Origin: a virus
Direction: 5' to 3' (one strand)
DNA: 64,000 nt
IMG/VR virus record: IMGVR_UViG_3300009709_000022
Span: 1-64,000 of that record
In this document: piece after piece, positions 63,502-64,000 of the stretch
Layout: each line of letters starts with the position of its first letter
Numbering within the stretch: the first letter of the stretch is position 1
Notes under the pieces: model-generated
Seen by the model: only the letters and a program-made list of their open reading frames with translations
The model's database searches: none
Told to the model about the DNA's origin: nothing
Translations under genes and position numbers: made by a program

Positions 63502-64000
63502 CGAGATAGCGACGCAGACCGGTGGGACCACGATTGAGGTTCAAGAGAGCTTTTTCCGGTTCGATGCGTACGCTTCAGCGGTTTCCACTGAAGAGGTGGA
63601 CCTGGCAGTCAACGACATGCTCATTGGTTCTGTCGGAGATGTCGGCAAGGCCTTGAAGGCCGCTCTCTCCGCAACGGTCAAGCACGCTGTCCCGAACGGG
63701 AGAAAGAAGAACGGCGAGACACGCTACAAGACCGTCACTCGACCAGACCATGAGACACGTCTTACGGCAATTTCACGTTTCGAAACCCTGACTGGAGCGT
63801 CTCGTCCAAAGGCTTCTGGTGTGGCTGTGAATGTGAACACGCAAGTCAACAACCCAACCAACCCTGGATATGTAATCCCGGGCGGGAGTTTTGAGCAACG
63901 TGTGCGCGCTCTCAAGGCGGCGCGTGGCGAAGAGGTTGAAGAGGGCGTGGTGGATGCGGAGGAGTTGGAAGCGCAAAGTGTCCAGGACGAATTACGCGAC
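63365..64000 (+). CDS. Terminase small subunit-like protein, 3' truncated (absent from ORF track)
   Basis: Open frame MPQTKAL...RRKGYSLDEIATQTG (HTH)...PDHETRLTAI...VNVNTQVN to window end; AGGACGA RBS. Confidence 0.55.
   Translation, partial: MPQTKALTTLKAPPLTRMTGRSEKVIKPNRKDRLRSYLRRKGYSLDEIATQTGGTTIEVQESFFRFDAYASAVSTEEVDLAVNDMLIGSVGDVGKALKAALSATVKHAVPNGRKKNGETRYKTVTRPDHETRLTAISRFETLTGASRPKASGVAVNVNTQVNNPTNPGYVIPGGSFEQRVRALKAARGEEVEEGVVDAEELEAQSVQDELRD

Noticed and set aside
1-64000. Stop-codon recoding or suppressor tRNAs
   Set aside because: No CTA, TTA or TCA anticodon was found, and known genes are intact under the standard code using all three stops.

Overview
A 64-kb segment of a large dsDNA bacteriophage or prophage; an Acidobacteria-like host is a weak inference from the style of its secreted proteins. 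Positions 1-6.5 kb hold 29 tRNA genes, all with encoded CCA, in three non-redundant clusters. Interleaved are a ~500-nt structured ncRNA (GOLLD-like), acyl carrier protein, an Acb2/Tad1-like protein, peptide deformylase and an HNH nuclease. Then come auxiliary genes (GH13 amylase, DEDD RNase, PQQ-like propeller), recombination/replication genes (RecT-like, PD-(D/E)XK nuclease, KTSC, DnaB), tail-fibre-like and lysis genes, a long minus-strand accessory region with three orphan DNA methyltransferases, a plus-strand accessory arm, and a truncated terminase-small-like ORF. Main discovery: both complete tRNA clusters are preceded by a promoter, a 23-24 codon leader ORF and mutually exclusive antiterminator/terminator helices. 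The leader codons form a checklist of the tRNAs in that cluster. This suggests ribosome-mediated attenuation that switches on phage tRNAs when the matching host tRNAs are depleted or cleaved. Also notable: C33 replaces the near-invariant U33 only in family-box tRNAs that are the sole isoacceptor, a candidate multi-target anti-RBS sRNA, and three recurring operator-like motifs. All calls are by-eye reading; protein family names rest on recalled motifs, not database searches.
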